From positions 8,435 through 72,434 of the forward strand of contig CALVYF010000003.1 in NCBI GenBank assembly GCA_944372055.1: a DNA stretch of 64,000 nucleotides, in the 5' to 3' direction. Under the pieces are notes generated by a model. It saw only the letters and a list, made by a program, of their open reading frames with translations. It did no database searches and had not been told where the DNA came from. Positions 37,646 through 47,103 of this stretch are shown piece after piece (within the stretch, counting starts at the first letter, position 1; the number at the start of each line of letters is the position of its first letter). A program made the position numbers and the translations under genes. This stretch comes from an uncultured Bacilli bacterium. Its GTDB lineage: Bacteria > Bacillota_I > Bacilli_A > RF39 > UBA660.

Positions 37646-38065
37646 TTACATATTTATTAACTGATCACAAGATTTAACTGAACCACCGTTTAGAGTTTGA
37701 CCTTTCTTAGAAATAAGATAATTATAGCAAGCAGAGCCTTCCCAGCAACGGAACCCTCCATATAATTCAGCGTTATTGAACCAAGGCCATCCTTTATTAC
37801 TTCCCGTCCAACATTGCCAATTAACCCTTGATGTTGTCCACCAAATAGTAACATCAAAGTCATAAGCAGAATTAGCAAACGAACTTGCAAAGTTCTCAGC
37901 ACTCGATCCCATTCCAACAAACCAACAGATAGAATCTCCACCTCTTTCGCAAGCAGCTCCAGATTTAACTTCACCAGAATCCGGTGCAGGCTCTGGATCA
38001 GGTGTAGGTTCTGGATCAGGATCAGGAGCAGGATCAGGTTCAACAGAAGAACCAGAAGAAGAACC
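37646..38065 (-). other. In-frame continuation of pilin gene 38066-38692 beyond its TAG: Gly/Ser + Pro/Asp linker and a Trp/Cys-rich ~110-aa module (track ORF 37646-37912 is its distal part)
   Basis: The 153 nt between the TAG (38066-38068) and the ATG at 37912 are 51 sense codons in the pilin frame, encoding GSSSGSSVEPDPAPDPDPEPTPDPEPAPDSGEVKSGAACERGGDSICWFVG. There is no convincing SD before the ATG at 37912. Confidence 0.55.
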
Positions 38066-38692
38066 CTAACGATAATTAATTGGTGAAACGATATCAATAG
38101 AATATCTAGACCCCAAATCTGGATGATGTAATGTTATTCGCAAAGAAAATACTCGATTTGCAGTAGAAATATCAACTTCATTAATACGAAGTGCAGAAAT
38201 AGTATGTGTACCACTGCTATGAAGGTTAGGAATTGCCTCATTTCCTAAATCTGGCAATGGATATTCGACAACATCTCCCGGAAGACCATAACTAATACTA
38301 AACGAATCACTTGCATCTTTTGCGATACCCGCCTTAACGCAAAGCTCATCTTCTTCTCCAGTATCTGCAGCGTTACACCCAAATACCTGCTTTACTTCCA
38401 AAACACGTTTACTTCCATCTCGAAGTGTAAATGTAACACGATACCCTGTACCATCACTCATAGAACTAATTTCAGCCCCAGCTAATCCTATTTTAATAAG
38501 ATCATCCTGAATATCCTTAGTAAGTAAATCTCGATAAGTAACTAAGCTTAACTTATATGAAGAAATAGTCTCTTTATCTTTTAAAGCAACAATTCCATCA
38601 TATAAAGAAACTACAATCACCGCAACAATCAAAAAGGTAACTAAAATTTCAATAGCCGTCATACCCTTATTGTTTAGTTTGCGCCTTACCAT
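38066..38692 (-). CDS. Type IV (minor) pilin-like protein, 208 aa as annotated to the TAG
   Basis: Class III signal MVRRKLNNKG|MTAIEILVTFLIVAVIVVSLY with Glu at +5. SD GGAGGTGG. Its start overlaps the upstream pilin stop (ATGGTAA). Confidence 0.8.
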   Translation of the reverse strand: MVRRKLNNKGMTAIEILVTFLIVAVIVVSLYDGIVALKDKETISSYKLSLVTYRDLLTKDIQDDLIKIGLAGAEISSMSDGTGYRVTFTLRDGSKRVLEVKQVFGCNAADTGEEDELCVKAGIAKDASDSFSISYGLPGDVVEYPLPDLGNEAIPNLHSSGTHTISALRINEVDISTANRVFSLRITLHHPDLGSRYSIDIVSPINYR

Positions 38693-39288
38693 CTTACCAC
38701 CTCCATATTAGCATAAGTATAATAAGTCTCCGCATCTTCTGAACTATCAGTCGAACGTTTAAATTCTACTAACACTCGATACTTAGCTCGATTTACTGAT
38801 GGTACAATATAGTCTGGTAAAAATTCTATATAAGCATGAAAAGATTCTCCAAACTCAGAAATGGAAGAAGCAATCGGTTTAAAGTTTTTAATACCACTAG
38901 AGTTTTGATCTAATTGATAATTAGTAACAATAACTTTATTTACATGCAATCGTTGCCACATCGTAGTACAAAAATTCCTATCCTCACTATTTGCCGGAAA
39001 ATTACCACAGAAAGTAGAGCCATCTTCTCCTTCATAAAAATCATAACCTCTACTATTTAAAAAATTAGAAATAGAAGAGAATGAATAATTATCATCTTGA
39101 AGAAAGGATTTTATCCAATAAGCGCCATATTTACTATCTAAATCATCATAAAAATCTCTTCTCTCATACTCTCCAATCAAAGGATAAAAATTAATATAAA
39201 TAACAGAAAACACCGCCGCCACAAACACTGTAACCACTAAAGTTTCCACTAACACAAATCCCTTATTATTTTTTTTCATTTTCCCCAT
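38686..39288 (-). CDS. Type IV (minor) pilin-like protein, 200 aa
   Basis: Class III signal MGKMKKNNKG|FVLVETLVVTVFVAAVFSVIY with Glu at +5. Confidence 0.75.
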   Translation of the reverse strand: MGKMKKNNKGFVLVETLVVTVFVAAVFSVIYINFYPLIGEYERRDFYDDLDSKYGAYWIKSFLQDDNYSFSSISNFLNSRGYDFYEGEDGSTFCGNFPANSEDRNFCTTMWQRLHVNKVIVTNYQLDQNSSGIKNFKPIASSISEFGESFHAYIEFLPDYIVPSVNRAKYRVLVEFKRSTDSSEDAETYYTYANMEVVRW

Positions 39289-39296
39289 CTACTTTC

Positions 39297-39325
39297 TTGC
39301 TATTATACTAAAAGTATTATATAAT
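39297..39325 (+). promoter_or_regulatory. Near-consensus sigma-A promoter for the pilus ATPase gene
   Basis: TTGCTA (39297-39302), a 17-nt spacer and TATAAT (39320-39325), 45 nt upstream of the ATG. Confidence 0.55.
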
Positions 39326-39370
39326 AAAATAAGATAAAATACCATAGTAAAAACAAAAGGGGTTGACACT

Positions 39371-41221
39371 ATGATTAAATTTGACTTTAATAAAACGCCT
39401 ATTACTCAAATCGCGGATTATATAATAATTTCATCTGCTAAATCAAATGCATCAGATATCCATTTTGATCCAAGAGAAGATGGTATGATGGTAAGAATGC
39501 GTATAGATGGAGATTTACAAAATTTTACATTTATCCCAAAGGCATATGAAAGAAATTTAACTACAAGATTAAAGTTATTAGCAAACATGAATATTACAGA
39601 ATCTCGTCTTCCACAAGATGGAGCCATCAAAGGAAACTTTGGTGGCACTTATTTGGATATGCGTGTATCTTGTCTACCCCTAAATGAAGGAGAAAAAATC
39701 GTTATTCGTATCTTAGACTATACAAGAAGTTTACAAGGATTAGATTCCCTTGGATTTAACGAGCAAAACCTTGCAAGACTAAAACGTATGATTAAAGTAC
39801 CAAATGGTATTATTTTGATTACCGGTGAAACTGGTTCTGGTAAATCTACAACTGTATACTCTATTCTAGAAACTCTAAATCGTGAAGAAACTAATATTAT
39901 TACAGTAGAAGACCCTATTGAAATGAATATCGAAGGACTAAATCAAGTACAAGTAAATGCCGAAATTGGAATGACTTTCGCAGCTGCCCTAAGATCTATT
40001 TTACGTCAAGATCCAAACATTATTCTAATTGGAGAAATTCGTGATAGTGAAACAGCACAAATTGCTGTACGTTCCGCAATTACAGGGCACCTAGTTCTAT
40101 CAACCATCCATACCAACAACACTCTAGCAACAGTAGAACGTCTATTAGATATGAATGTAGAGCGATACTTATTATCTACTGCATTAACAGGAATCATATC
40201 TCAAAGATTAGCTAAAAAAATCTGTACAAAATGTAGAATTGAAAGAGAGACAACTGATTTTGAAAAAATGATATTTAAAAAATATTTACATAAAGATGTC
40301 GATAAAATATGGGATGCTAATCATGAAGGTTGTGATGCTTGCCGTAAAGGATATAAAGGTCGTATTGCTATCCAAGAAGTACTGGAATTAAATGATGAAT
40401 TACGTAGTGACTTAAATAATGAAAACATTTCTAAAGAAGAATTATCTAAATTAGTTTATAATGATAAAATCATTACTATGTTACAAGATGCTCTAGGAAA
40501 AGTACTAGATGGAACAACTAGTTTCGAAGAAGTACTACGTGTAATTGAAATAGAAGATGCAGAAGATTTCTTTGAAAACGATACCAAAGAAAAATTAAAA
40601 GAAAAAGAAATGGAAAAAGAAAAAGAAATCAAAAAAGAACTAGAAGAACAAGAAGAAAAACAACAGAAAGAACAAGAAGAAAAAGAACAGAAAGAACAAG
40701 AAGAAAAAGAACAAAAAGAAATAAATAAACACCACCTAGAAGAAGTATCTATCAATAATACTACTCCATCATCAGGAACTCACGCAACACCTCGAACAAT
40801 TCCTACGAATATAGAAGAAATACCAAAGGTATCTATTGTAAAAACAACAAGTGGAAGTACGCCTATCAACTCCTTAGAAAAAATAGAAGCAATAGAGAAA
40901 CAAAAAAACATTCAAGAAATTACCAACAATCTAAAAACAGAGGTAAATAAACCTACACCATTTACAGAACCAAACATTACAACTATCACACAAAATAAAC
41001 CAATAATACCACAAATACAAATAACCCCTGCCAAAAATCAAGAAATAGAACCACAAAATAAAGAAAATCCTGTAATAATTCCAACCATAACCACGGTAGG
41101 GCCAATAACAAACCAGCAACCACAATCGCAAAATCCTAGTCCAGTACAACAATCAACAACACTTGTTCTACCAATACAACCTATAATACAGCAACCGCAA
41201 AATACAAATACACAACAATAA
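39371..41221 (+). CDS. pilB: GspE/PilB/ComGA-family secretion ATPase with a ~220-aa low-complexity C-terminal tail
   Basis: Walker A GETGSGKSTT, Asp box, Walker B ILIGEIRD, His box, and the tetracysteine motif CTKC...CDAC. It lacks the long N-terminal domain of PilB, so it is ComGA-like. The tail is E/K-rich and then P/Q/T/N-rich. Confidence 0.85.
   Translation: MIKFDFNKTPITQIADYIIISSAKSNASDIHFDPREDGMMVRMRIDGDLQNFTFIPKAYERNLTTRLKLLANMNITESRLPQDGAIKGNFGGTYLDMRVSCLPLNEGEKIVIRILDYTRSLQGLDSLGFNEQNLARLKRMIKVPNGIILITGETGSGKSTTVYSILETLNREETNIITVEDPIEMNIEGLNQVQVNAEIGMTFAAALRSILRQDPNIILIGEIRDSETAQIAVRSAITGHLVLSTIHTNNTLATVERLLDMNVERYLLSTALTGIISQRLAKKICTKCRIERETTDFEKMIFKKYLHKDVDKIWDANHEGCDACRKGYKGRIAIQEVLELNDELRSDLNNENISKEELSKLVYNDKIITMLQDALGKVLDGTTSFEEVLRVIEIEDAEDFFENDTKEKLKEKEMEKEKEIKKELEEQEEKQQKEQEEKEQKEQEEKEQKEINKHHLEEVSINNTTPSSGTHATPRTIPTNIEEIPKVSIVKTTSGSTPINSLEKIEAIEKQKNIQEITNNLKTEVNKPTPFTEPNITTITQNKPIIPQIQITPAKNQEIEPQNKENPVIIPTITTVGPITNQQPQSQNPSPVQQSTTLVLPIQPIIQQPQNTNTQQ
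40646..40717 (+). repeat. Three tandem 24-nt coding repeats (GAACAAGAAGAAAAAGAACAGAAA-like) inside the ATPase tail
   Basis: Units at 40646-40669, 40670-40693 and 40694-40717 encode EQEEKQQK/EQEEKEQK/EQEEKEQK. Confidence 0.85.
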
Positions 41222-41256
41222 AAAATCTAGAATAAATCATCTAGATTTTTTTATTT
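41222..41256. terminator. Bidirectional terminator between convergent pilB and tmk
   Basis: Stem AAAATCTAG (41222-41230) pairs with CTAGATTTT (41241-41249). A T-run follows on the plus strand and TTTTTATTG on the minus strand. Confidence 0.6.
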
Positions 41257-41263
41257 TGAAAAA

Positions 41264-41929
41264 TTACCCCTCTAAATATTCTATAATTTCTTGATTAATA
41301 TCTTCAACATCACGAATATTACCGTCTTTTACACATTCTATTCTTTTCCAATTATACATTTCAGAAAGTTCAATATAACTCTCTTCTGCATTTTTTAAAT
41401 GCTCAGCAGAACGCTCATGTTCATCTAAACTCTTTCTATTTTTTTTCAACTCTAAAGAATATTGATAAGGCATATGCAAAAAGATAGTTTTATCAGGCTT
41501 TGGTAATTGTAATAACCAATATTCTAACTTATCAATCCATTGATACATTAAAAAACGTTCCTCTTTATCATGAATCTTACTTCCTTGATGAGCTAAATTA
41601 GAAGTAGTATATCGATCTAAAATAACATAATAACCTTCTTCTAAGTATGGCAAAATCTTACTCATATTATACTTTCTATCAGCAGCATAATAAAGTGATG
41701 CAATATGAGGATCTACTTGATCAGCTCCCTCTGGAAAAAAGCCTGAAGAAATATCTGGATTCCCTAAATATGGTCCACCGACAATCCTACCTGTAGGTGT
41801 ATCATACATTGGAAATCCAAAATGAACACACTTTTTACCCTGCTCATTTAACTTTTTCTCCAATAAAATAGATTGAGTTTCTTTTCCAGAACAATCCGTC
41901 CCTTCTATAACTATAATTTTACCTTTCAT
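41264..41929 (-). CDS. tmk: Thymidylate kinase family protein
   Basis: P-loop IIVIEGTDCSGKETQ, DRY motif (ILDRYTTSN), and a lid region. Trimmed to the ATG at 41929, with AAGAGGA upstream. Confidence 0.75.
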   Translation of the reverse strand: MKGKIIVIEGTDCSGKETQSILLEKKLNEQGKKCVHFGFPMYDTPTGRIVGGPYLGNPDISSGFFPEGADQVDPHIASLYYAADRKYNMSKILPYLEEGYYVILDRYTTSNLAHQGSKIHDKEERFLMYQWIDKLEYWLLQLPKPDKTIFLHMPYQYSLELKKNRKSLDEHERSAEHLKNAEESYIELSEMYNWKRIECVKDGNIRDVEDINQEIIEYLEG

Positions 41930-42008
41930 ACTTATCCTCTTTTCTATCATACTTCCCTTCTATCATATCAAAAAAATAAAAATCTATCAACAAAAAATAA
42001 GTGTACTT

Positions 42009-42590
42009 TTAGACACTTATTCTATCATTGTCATCAAAAGGAACTAATAAAAATTTACGACTTGCCAAATAATCACACATATGAACAAAATTTTGATACT
42101 TAGTTTTAGGAGCTTCCAACACTTCTTCTCCATTATAATCCTTCGTCCAAGGTCCCATATGTGTCTTAATAACAGAACAAAGAAGATCTAACTCTTCATC
42201 ACTCATAAGTAAATCCGCTTTATGTTCCATAATATAATTTGCCATTAAAATAGGATGATCAAAGCAACTATATTGTTCTTTAGGTATACCACGCTTAATT
42301 CCATCATGAAGTAAAAGACCCATTAACATAATATCTTTTTCAATACTAGTATACTTATCCCCAATAGATGGATCTTGCAACAACTCATACCCTATTCTAA
42401 CAGCAGCTTTCGTATGACGTAAAAGACCACCCTTACCTAACGAATAACTAGGATGATATTTTCCAGTAGAAGACGCAGCCACCTCAAAGAAATAATCAGG
42501 CAACAATTCAATCATGGTACGACAGTCCTCTTGTATAGTCTCGTCTTTTATATATCCTAATTCTACTTCAAATACATCTACTTTATTCAT
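42009..42590 (-). CDS. HD-domain phosphohydrolase
   Basis: LLRHTKAAVRIG...GLLLHDGIK. Overlaps hemW by 8 nt. Confidence 0.7.
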   Translation of the reverse strand: MNKVDVFEVELGYIKDETIQEDCRTMIELLPDYFFEVAASSTGKYHPSYSLGKGGLLRHTKAAVRIGYELLQDPSIGDKYTSIEKDIMLMGLLLHDGIKRGIPKEQYSCFDHPILMANYIMEHKADLLMSDEELDLLCSVIKTHMGPWTKDYNGEEVLEAPKTKYQNFVHMCDYLASRKFLLVPFDDNDRISV

Positions 42591-43686
42591 AACTACACTC
42601 CTCTAATAATCTAACAATAATTTCATTACTCAAATACCAATATTTTGAAGGAATAAATATTGAACTCTCTGTCTCAGTTAAATATCCATCTAAAACCAAG
42701 TTAGAATAATCATATACATCAACAAGTCGCTTATGATATCGAATAAAAAACTGTTCTTTAGAAATACCAACTTTCGTTCGTAAATTCAAAATTATCTCAT
42801 ATTCCATTTTATCATAAATAGATAATTTTTCTTCCTCATATCGATATTTTTTCTGTAAATAATGTGTAATACTACGAGTATTACTATAACGTATATCACC
42901 AAGATATCCACTAGCACCAAGTCCAAACCCATAATAACAATTATTTTTCCAATAACATAAATTATGCCTAGAACAAAAATCATCTTTCGCAAAATTACTA
43001 ATTTCATAATGATTAAAATCAGATAATTTAGAACAAATAACCTCATACATTTTAGCATCTAACTCATCAGAAATATTCTTCTCATGATCTAAATATAATT
43101 TAGTATGCTCTTCTAAAATCAAAGAATAAGTAGAAATATGAGAAACATCCAAAGATAAAATAAAATCAATATCTTCTTCTAATTCTTGTAAAGTTTCTCC
43201 TGGAAAAGCATACATTAAATCAACATTAATATTAGTAATACCTACTCTTTTACAATAAGAAATAATATGACGAACATATTCTAAATCTAAAGTACGATTC
43301 ATTTTCTTTAATATCCAATCATGCGTAGTCTCCAGCCCAAAACTAATACGATTGATGCCATACTTTTTAAATAAATCTATTTTCTCTTCTGTAATACTAT
43401 CAAAATTAGCTTCAATAGTAACTTCACAAGAAGAAGACTTTTTAAAAACTGATAAAATAGAAAACAAATTCTCTAATTCTAAAACAGATAAACTACTAGG
43501 AGTACCTCCACCAATATAAAGAGTATCTAATACTTCTCCCTGATAAAATTCCAGAATTTCATTTTTTAATGCTTCTAAATAAGAAGAAACATATCCCGTA
43601 TTGTAAAACACTTTACAAAAATCACAATAACTACAAATCTTCTTACAAAATGGAATATGAATATAACAATATCTCACATTACTCAT
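42583..43686 (-). CDS. hemW: Radical SAM heme chaperone HemW (oxygen-independent coproporphyrinogen oxidase-like)
   Basis: YIHIPFCKKICSYCDF radical SAM cluster motif, GGGTPS, a HemN_C-like C-terminus, and position downstream of lepA. Confidence 0.85.
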   Translation of the reverse strand: MSNVRYCYIHIPFCKKICSYCDFCKVFYNTGYVSSYLEALKNEILEFYQGEVLDTLYIGGGTPSSLSVLELENLFSILSVFKKSSSCEVTIEANFDSITEEKIDLFKKYGINRISFGLETTHDWILKKMNRTLDLEYVRHIISYCKRVGITNINVDLMYAFPGETLQELEEDIDFILSLDVSHISTYSLILEEHTKLYLDHEKNISDELDAKMYEVICSKLSDFNHYEISNFAKDDFCSRHNLCYWKNNCYYGFGLGASGYLGDIRYSNTRSITHYLQKKYRYEEEKLSIYDKMEYEIILNLRTKVGISKEQFFIRYHKRLVDVYDYSNLVLDGYLTETESSIFIPSKYWYLSNEIIVRLLEECSYE

Positions 43687-44182
43687 ACTGTCCCTGTAAC
43701 CTACGAATAGTTTCTAATTTTTTTACTTTTTCCTTTGTTCTAACAACACCATGAACTTCCTTACTAGAAATATCTTCATAAATTTCACCTAACCATGAAA
43801 CATAAATAGCATCCATATTCTCTAACTCTTTTTCTGATTTTTGTAATAATTTTCTAGATATCGTAGGATCCATCATAGAAAGAAGGAAAGAAAAAGGTAA
43901 AAGATTACGATAATTTTCTACAAGTTCCTCTTCTTCTATCCAAGGAATCATTACATAATATCTTTTTCCCTGTCGTTCAATAACTTGCATTTCCTCATAA
44001 AATCTTTGATTATATTCCCCGTCCCTTTTGATAACAGAAAGACCACTATCATCAAAATTTTCCCCTAATATCTTTTGATAACATAAAACCTCTTCTTCAT
44101 CAATAATTCTTCTACCTTCTTTACGATGAATCTCAATCATCGCATTAACAATAAAATCATCTTCTGTAAAATAAATTCCCAT
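43679..44182 (-). CDS. Hypothetical 167-aa protein between lepA and hemW
   Basis: Trimmed to the ATG at 44182 (MGIYFTEDDF...), with GGGGGA 5 nt upstream. No motif recognised. Confidence 0.5.
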   Translation of the reverse strand: MGIYFTEDDFIVNAMIEIHRKEGRRIIDEEEVLCYQKILGENFDDSGLSVIKRDGEYNQRFYEEMQVIERQGKRYYVMIPWIEEEELVENYRNLLPFSFLLSMMDPTISRKLLQKSEKELENMDAIYVSWLGEIYEDISSKEVHGVVRTKEKVKKLETIRRLQGQYE

Positions 44183-44213
44183 ATATTCCCCCATATCTAT
44201 TTTTCATAATATA

Positions 44214-46010
44214 TTATCTATCGCTAGTAGCTAAAATAGACAAAAATGCCTCTTGTGGAACCTCAACACTACCAATCTGTTTCATTCTCTTTTTGCCTTC
44301 TTTTTGTTTCTCTAATAATTTCTTCTTACGAGTAACATCTCCACCATAACATTTAGCTAAAACATTTTTACGTAACGCTTTAATATCAGTACGAGCAATA
44401 ACATGAGTACCAATGGCAGCTTGAATTGGAACTTCAAACATCTGTCTTGGAATAATCTCTTTTAATTTTTCTACTACAACCTTGCCACGATTATAGGCAA
44501 AGTCTTTATGAACAATCACAGACAAAGCATCCACTATCTCACCATTAAGTAAAATATCCATTTTTACTAAATTACTTTCTTTATATCCAACAAGCTCATA
44601 ATCAAAAGAAGCATACCCTTTAGTATAAGACTTTAACTTATCAAAAAAATCATAAACAATTTCAGAAAGTGGAATTTCATAATGAATGGTAACCCTAGTT
44701 TGATCCAAATACTCCATATTAATAAAAGTACCTCGTTTATCTTGACACAACTCCATGATTGGACCTATATAATCACTTGGTGTAAAAATACTTGTTTTTA
44801 CGTACGGTTCCAAAGTTTTAGAAACCACTTCTCTTTTTGGCATCTTCGTAGGAGAGTCTACCATAATCTTAGAACCATCAGTAAGTAAAACTTCATAGAC
44901 AACAGAAGGAGAAGTAGCAATTAAATCGATTCCAAACTCCCTTTCTATTCTCTCTTCAATAATTTCCATATGTAAAAGACCTAAGAAACCACAACGAAAT
45001 CCAAAACCTAAAGCTTTAGAAGTTTCAGGATCAAAAGTTAATGATGCATCATTTAATTTCAATTTTTCTAACGCTTCTCTTAAATCTTCAAACTTACTAG
45101 ATTCAATAGGATATAATCCACAATAAACCATAGGTTTCATCGGTTTATATCCAGGCAATGCCTCTTTTGCAGGATTACTATCCGAAGTAATAGTATCACC
45201 TACTAAAACATCACTAATGCTTTTAATAGAAGCATATAAATAACCAACCTCACCAGCTTTTAAAGACTTCACCTGTCTTTCTTTAGGGGTATTAATAGAA
45301 AGGCCAACGACATCATAAACAGCTCCCGTTTCCATCATTTTAATCATATCTCCGACTTTTACTTTGCCTTCCATAACTCGAATACTAATAATAACACCAC
45401 GATAAGCATCAAACAAACTATCAAAAATTAAAGCTTTTAAAGGCTTATTATCATCTCCATTAGGTGCAGGTATTTTTTTTATAATAGCTTCCAGCAATTC
45501 ATCAATTCCAATCCCAGTTTTCGCACTAGTTAAAACAATCTCATCACGAGAAAAACCAATATTTTCAAGTTCTGTTACTACTTTATCAATATCTGCATTA
45601 GGTAAATCAATCTTATTAACAACAGGAATTACGGTTAAATTATTATCGATTGCTAGATAAAGATTAGCAAGAGTTTGAGCCTCCACTCCCTGCGCCGCAT
45701 CAACAACAAGCAAAGCACCTTCACAAGCAGCTAAACTCCGCGACACTTCATAAGAAAAGTCAACATGTCCAGGAGTATCTATCAAATGAAAGTAATACTC
45801 TTCGCCATCATGCCGATAAGTAAGTTGTACAGCATTTAATTTAATAGTAATACCACGTTCTCTTTCAATATCCATAGAATCTAACATCTGACTTTTTAAT
45901 TCTCTTTCTGATATTGCTCCAGTCTTTTCCAAAATACGATCGGCAAGTGTACTCTTCCCATGATCAATATGTGCAATAATACAAAAATTTCTAATATTTT
46001 CCTGTTTCAT
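44214..46010 (-). CDS. lepA: Translation elongation factor 4 (LepA)
   Basis: [30 protein letters not shown], and the LepA-specific C-terminus. SD GGAGG. Confidence 0.95.
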   Translation of the reverse strand: MKQENIRNFCIIAHIDHGKSTLADRILEKTGAISERELKSQMLDSMDIERERGITIKLNAVQLTYRHDGEEYYFHLIDTPGHVDFSYEVSRSLAACEGALLVVDAAQGVEAQTLANLYLAIDNNLTVIPVVNKIDLPNADIDKVVTELENIGFSRDEIVLTSAKTGIGIDELLEAIIKKIPAPNGDDNKPLKALIFDSLFDAYRGVIISIRVMEGKVKVGDMIKMMETGAVYDVVGLSINTPKERQVKSLKAGEVGYLYASIKSISDVLVGDTITSDSNPAKEALPGYKPMKPMVYCGLYPIESSKFEDLREALEKLKLNDASLTFDPETSKALGFGFRCGFLGLLHMEIIEERIEREFGIDLIATSPSVVYEVLLTDGSKIMVDSPTKMPKREVVSKTLEPYVKTSIFTPSDYIGPIMELCQDKRGTFINMEYLDQTRVTIHYEIPLSEIVYDFFDKLKSYTKGYASFDYELVGYKESNLVKMDILLNGEIVDALSVIVHKDFAYNRGKVVVEKLKEIIPRQMFEVPIQAAIGTHVIARTDIKALRKNVLAKCYGGDVTRKKKLLEKQKEGKKRMKQIGSVEVPQEAFLSILATSDR

Positions 46011-46070
46011 AAACTTGCCTCCAGTCCTTTTATTATATCAAATATATTTTCTTTTTTCTATGCTTCAAAA

Positions 46071-46095
46071 GAAAAAAGCTACCAAGTTAGTAGCT
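46071..46095 (-). terminator. Rho-independent terminator after the 309-aa gene
   Basis: Stem AGCTAC (46077-46082) pairs with GTAGCT (46090-46095). TTTTTT follows on the minus strand. Confidence 0.5.
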
Positions 46096-47023
46096 ATTGT
46101 TCTATTTTACTTTGATAAAAATAATATTCCCCATTAGTTTCTTTAAATTTATAAGTAATGATATTTCCACTTTGCATATAATCTTCAATAGATAATGGAT
46201 TCTCTTGATACTTTTCAACTGGAATATTATCTTGCGAATCAATCAACATCGTATGATTATAATCACGATATACTTGATAACTAACTAAATTATTATTAAC
46301 ACTGCTCGTAATATAAACAACTCTCTCCACTAAAGTAATCATACCATCATCAGAACGCGTTGCACTTTCTAATCCATAGAATGCAACAGGAATGAATCTA
46401 GCAGGAGTAGCATCAGTTTTAGCAAGTGTTGTTTCATATCTTTCTTTATTAATATTATATGTTAAAGACAAAGTATTACCAACATCAAAGCCAGGAGATA
46501 AAATAATTGGCAAAGTTCCTTGCTTTAAATATTCTACTTTATCACCAAAATAAGACTTCATTAACTGACCCATATCAATATCATCAATATAATACTGTTT
46601 CTGCACTGTTGTATCACTACTTTTAATTTCTTGTAATTCTTTCTCCTTTAAAAGGGAAAGTGCATAATAGAACTTCTCATAATTACTAAAATCTTTCAAG
46701 GTAACAAACTGCTCTTTCAAATATTTATTTAATGTATTACTATCTCTTCCATAAGTAACCAAATCATAAATGTCTTCAACCTTTGGATCATCTATACTCA
46801 AAGTATCAGAAATACCAACACTTGGTTCATTCTTATGATTCCCTTTAAAAAATAAACTACTTATAAAATAAACACTAAGGCCAAGCACAATAACAATGAC
46901 AACTAAAACAGCAATTTTAATCATTTGAGAACGATTCGATTTTTTATTATCATCTTGTGATGGTCTAGGTGGCGCATAGTTTTCTCCATCAACAATATAA
47001 TTATCATCATCTGGTACGTACAT
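46094..47023 (-). CDS. Hypothetical membrane-anchored 309-aa protein
   Basis: A cytoplasmic Pro-rich N-terminus, one TM segment (IAVLVVIVIVLGLSVYFISSLFF), then an extracytoplasmic domain. SD AGGGAG. Confidence 0.55.
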   Translation of the reverse strand: MYVPDDDNYIVDGENYAPPRPSQDDNKKSNRSQMIKIAVLVVIVIVLGLSVYFISSLFFKGNHKNEPSVGISDTLSIDDPKVEDIYDLVTYGRDSNTLNKYLKEQFVTLKDFSNYEKFYYALSLLKEKELQEIKSSDTTVQKQYYIDDIDMGQLMKSYFGDKVEYLKQGTLPIILSPGFDVGNTLSLTYNINKERYETTLAKTDATPARFIPVAFYGLESATRSDDGMITLVERVVYITSSVNNNLVSYQVYRDYNHTMLIDSQDNIPVEKYQENPLSIEDYMQSGNIITYKFKETNGEYYFYQSKIEQ

Positions 47024-47070
47024 AAACTCAACTCCCTATCCTCTATTATTATTTTATCAAAAATACACAG

Positions 47071-47098
47071 AAAAAAAAGTAGTTTCATATAAAACTAC
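47071..47098 (-). terminator. Rho-independent terminator after the flavoprotein pair
   Basis: Stem GTAGTTT (47079-47085) pairs with AAACTAC (47092-47098). A run of 8 T follows on the minus strand. Confidence 0.6.
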
Positions 47099-47103
47099 AA
47101 AAT

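Noticed and set aside
38066-38068. Possibility that TAG is reassigned to a sense codon in this organism, which would explain the in-frame TAG in the pilin gene
   Set aside because: TAG closes other well-supported genes at positions where their domains are complete, namely the flippase at 275-277 and the response regulator at 2118-2120. Global reassignment is therefore not supported. A local nonsense mutation, a sequencing error or readthrough remain the options.
37690-38097. 135-aa track ORF in another frame spanning the pilin stop region
   Set aside because: It is Leu-rich low-complexity translation (LLLVLLLNLILLLIL...) of the antisense-biased Pro/Asp linker codons. It overlaps the pilin 3' end and has no SD. 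The alternative frame encodes a sensible linker plus domain.
40646-40717. Tandem 24-nt repeats considered as a CRISPR or minisatellite element
   Set aside because: There are only three directly abutting units with no spacers. They are in frame within the ATPase tail and encode an EQEEKEQK repeat, so this is a coding low-complexity repeat and not a CRISPR array.
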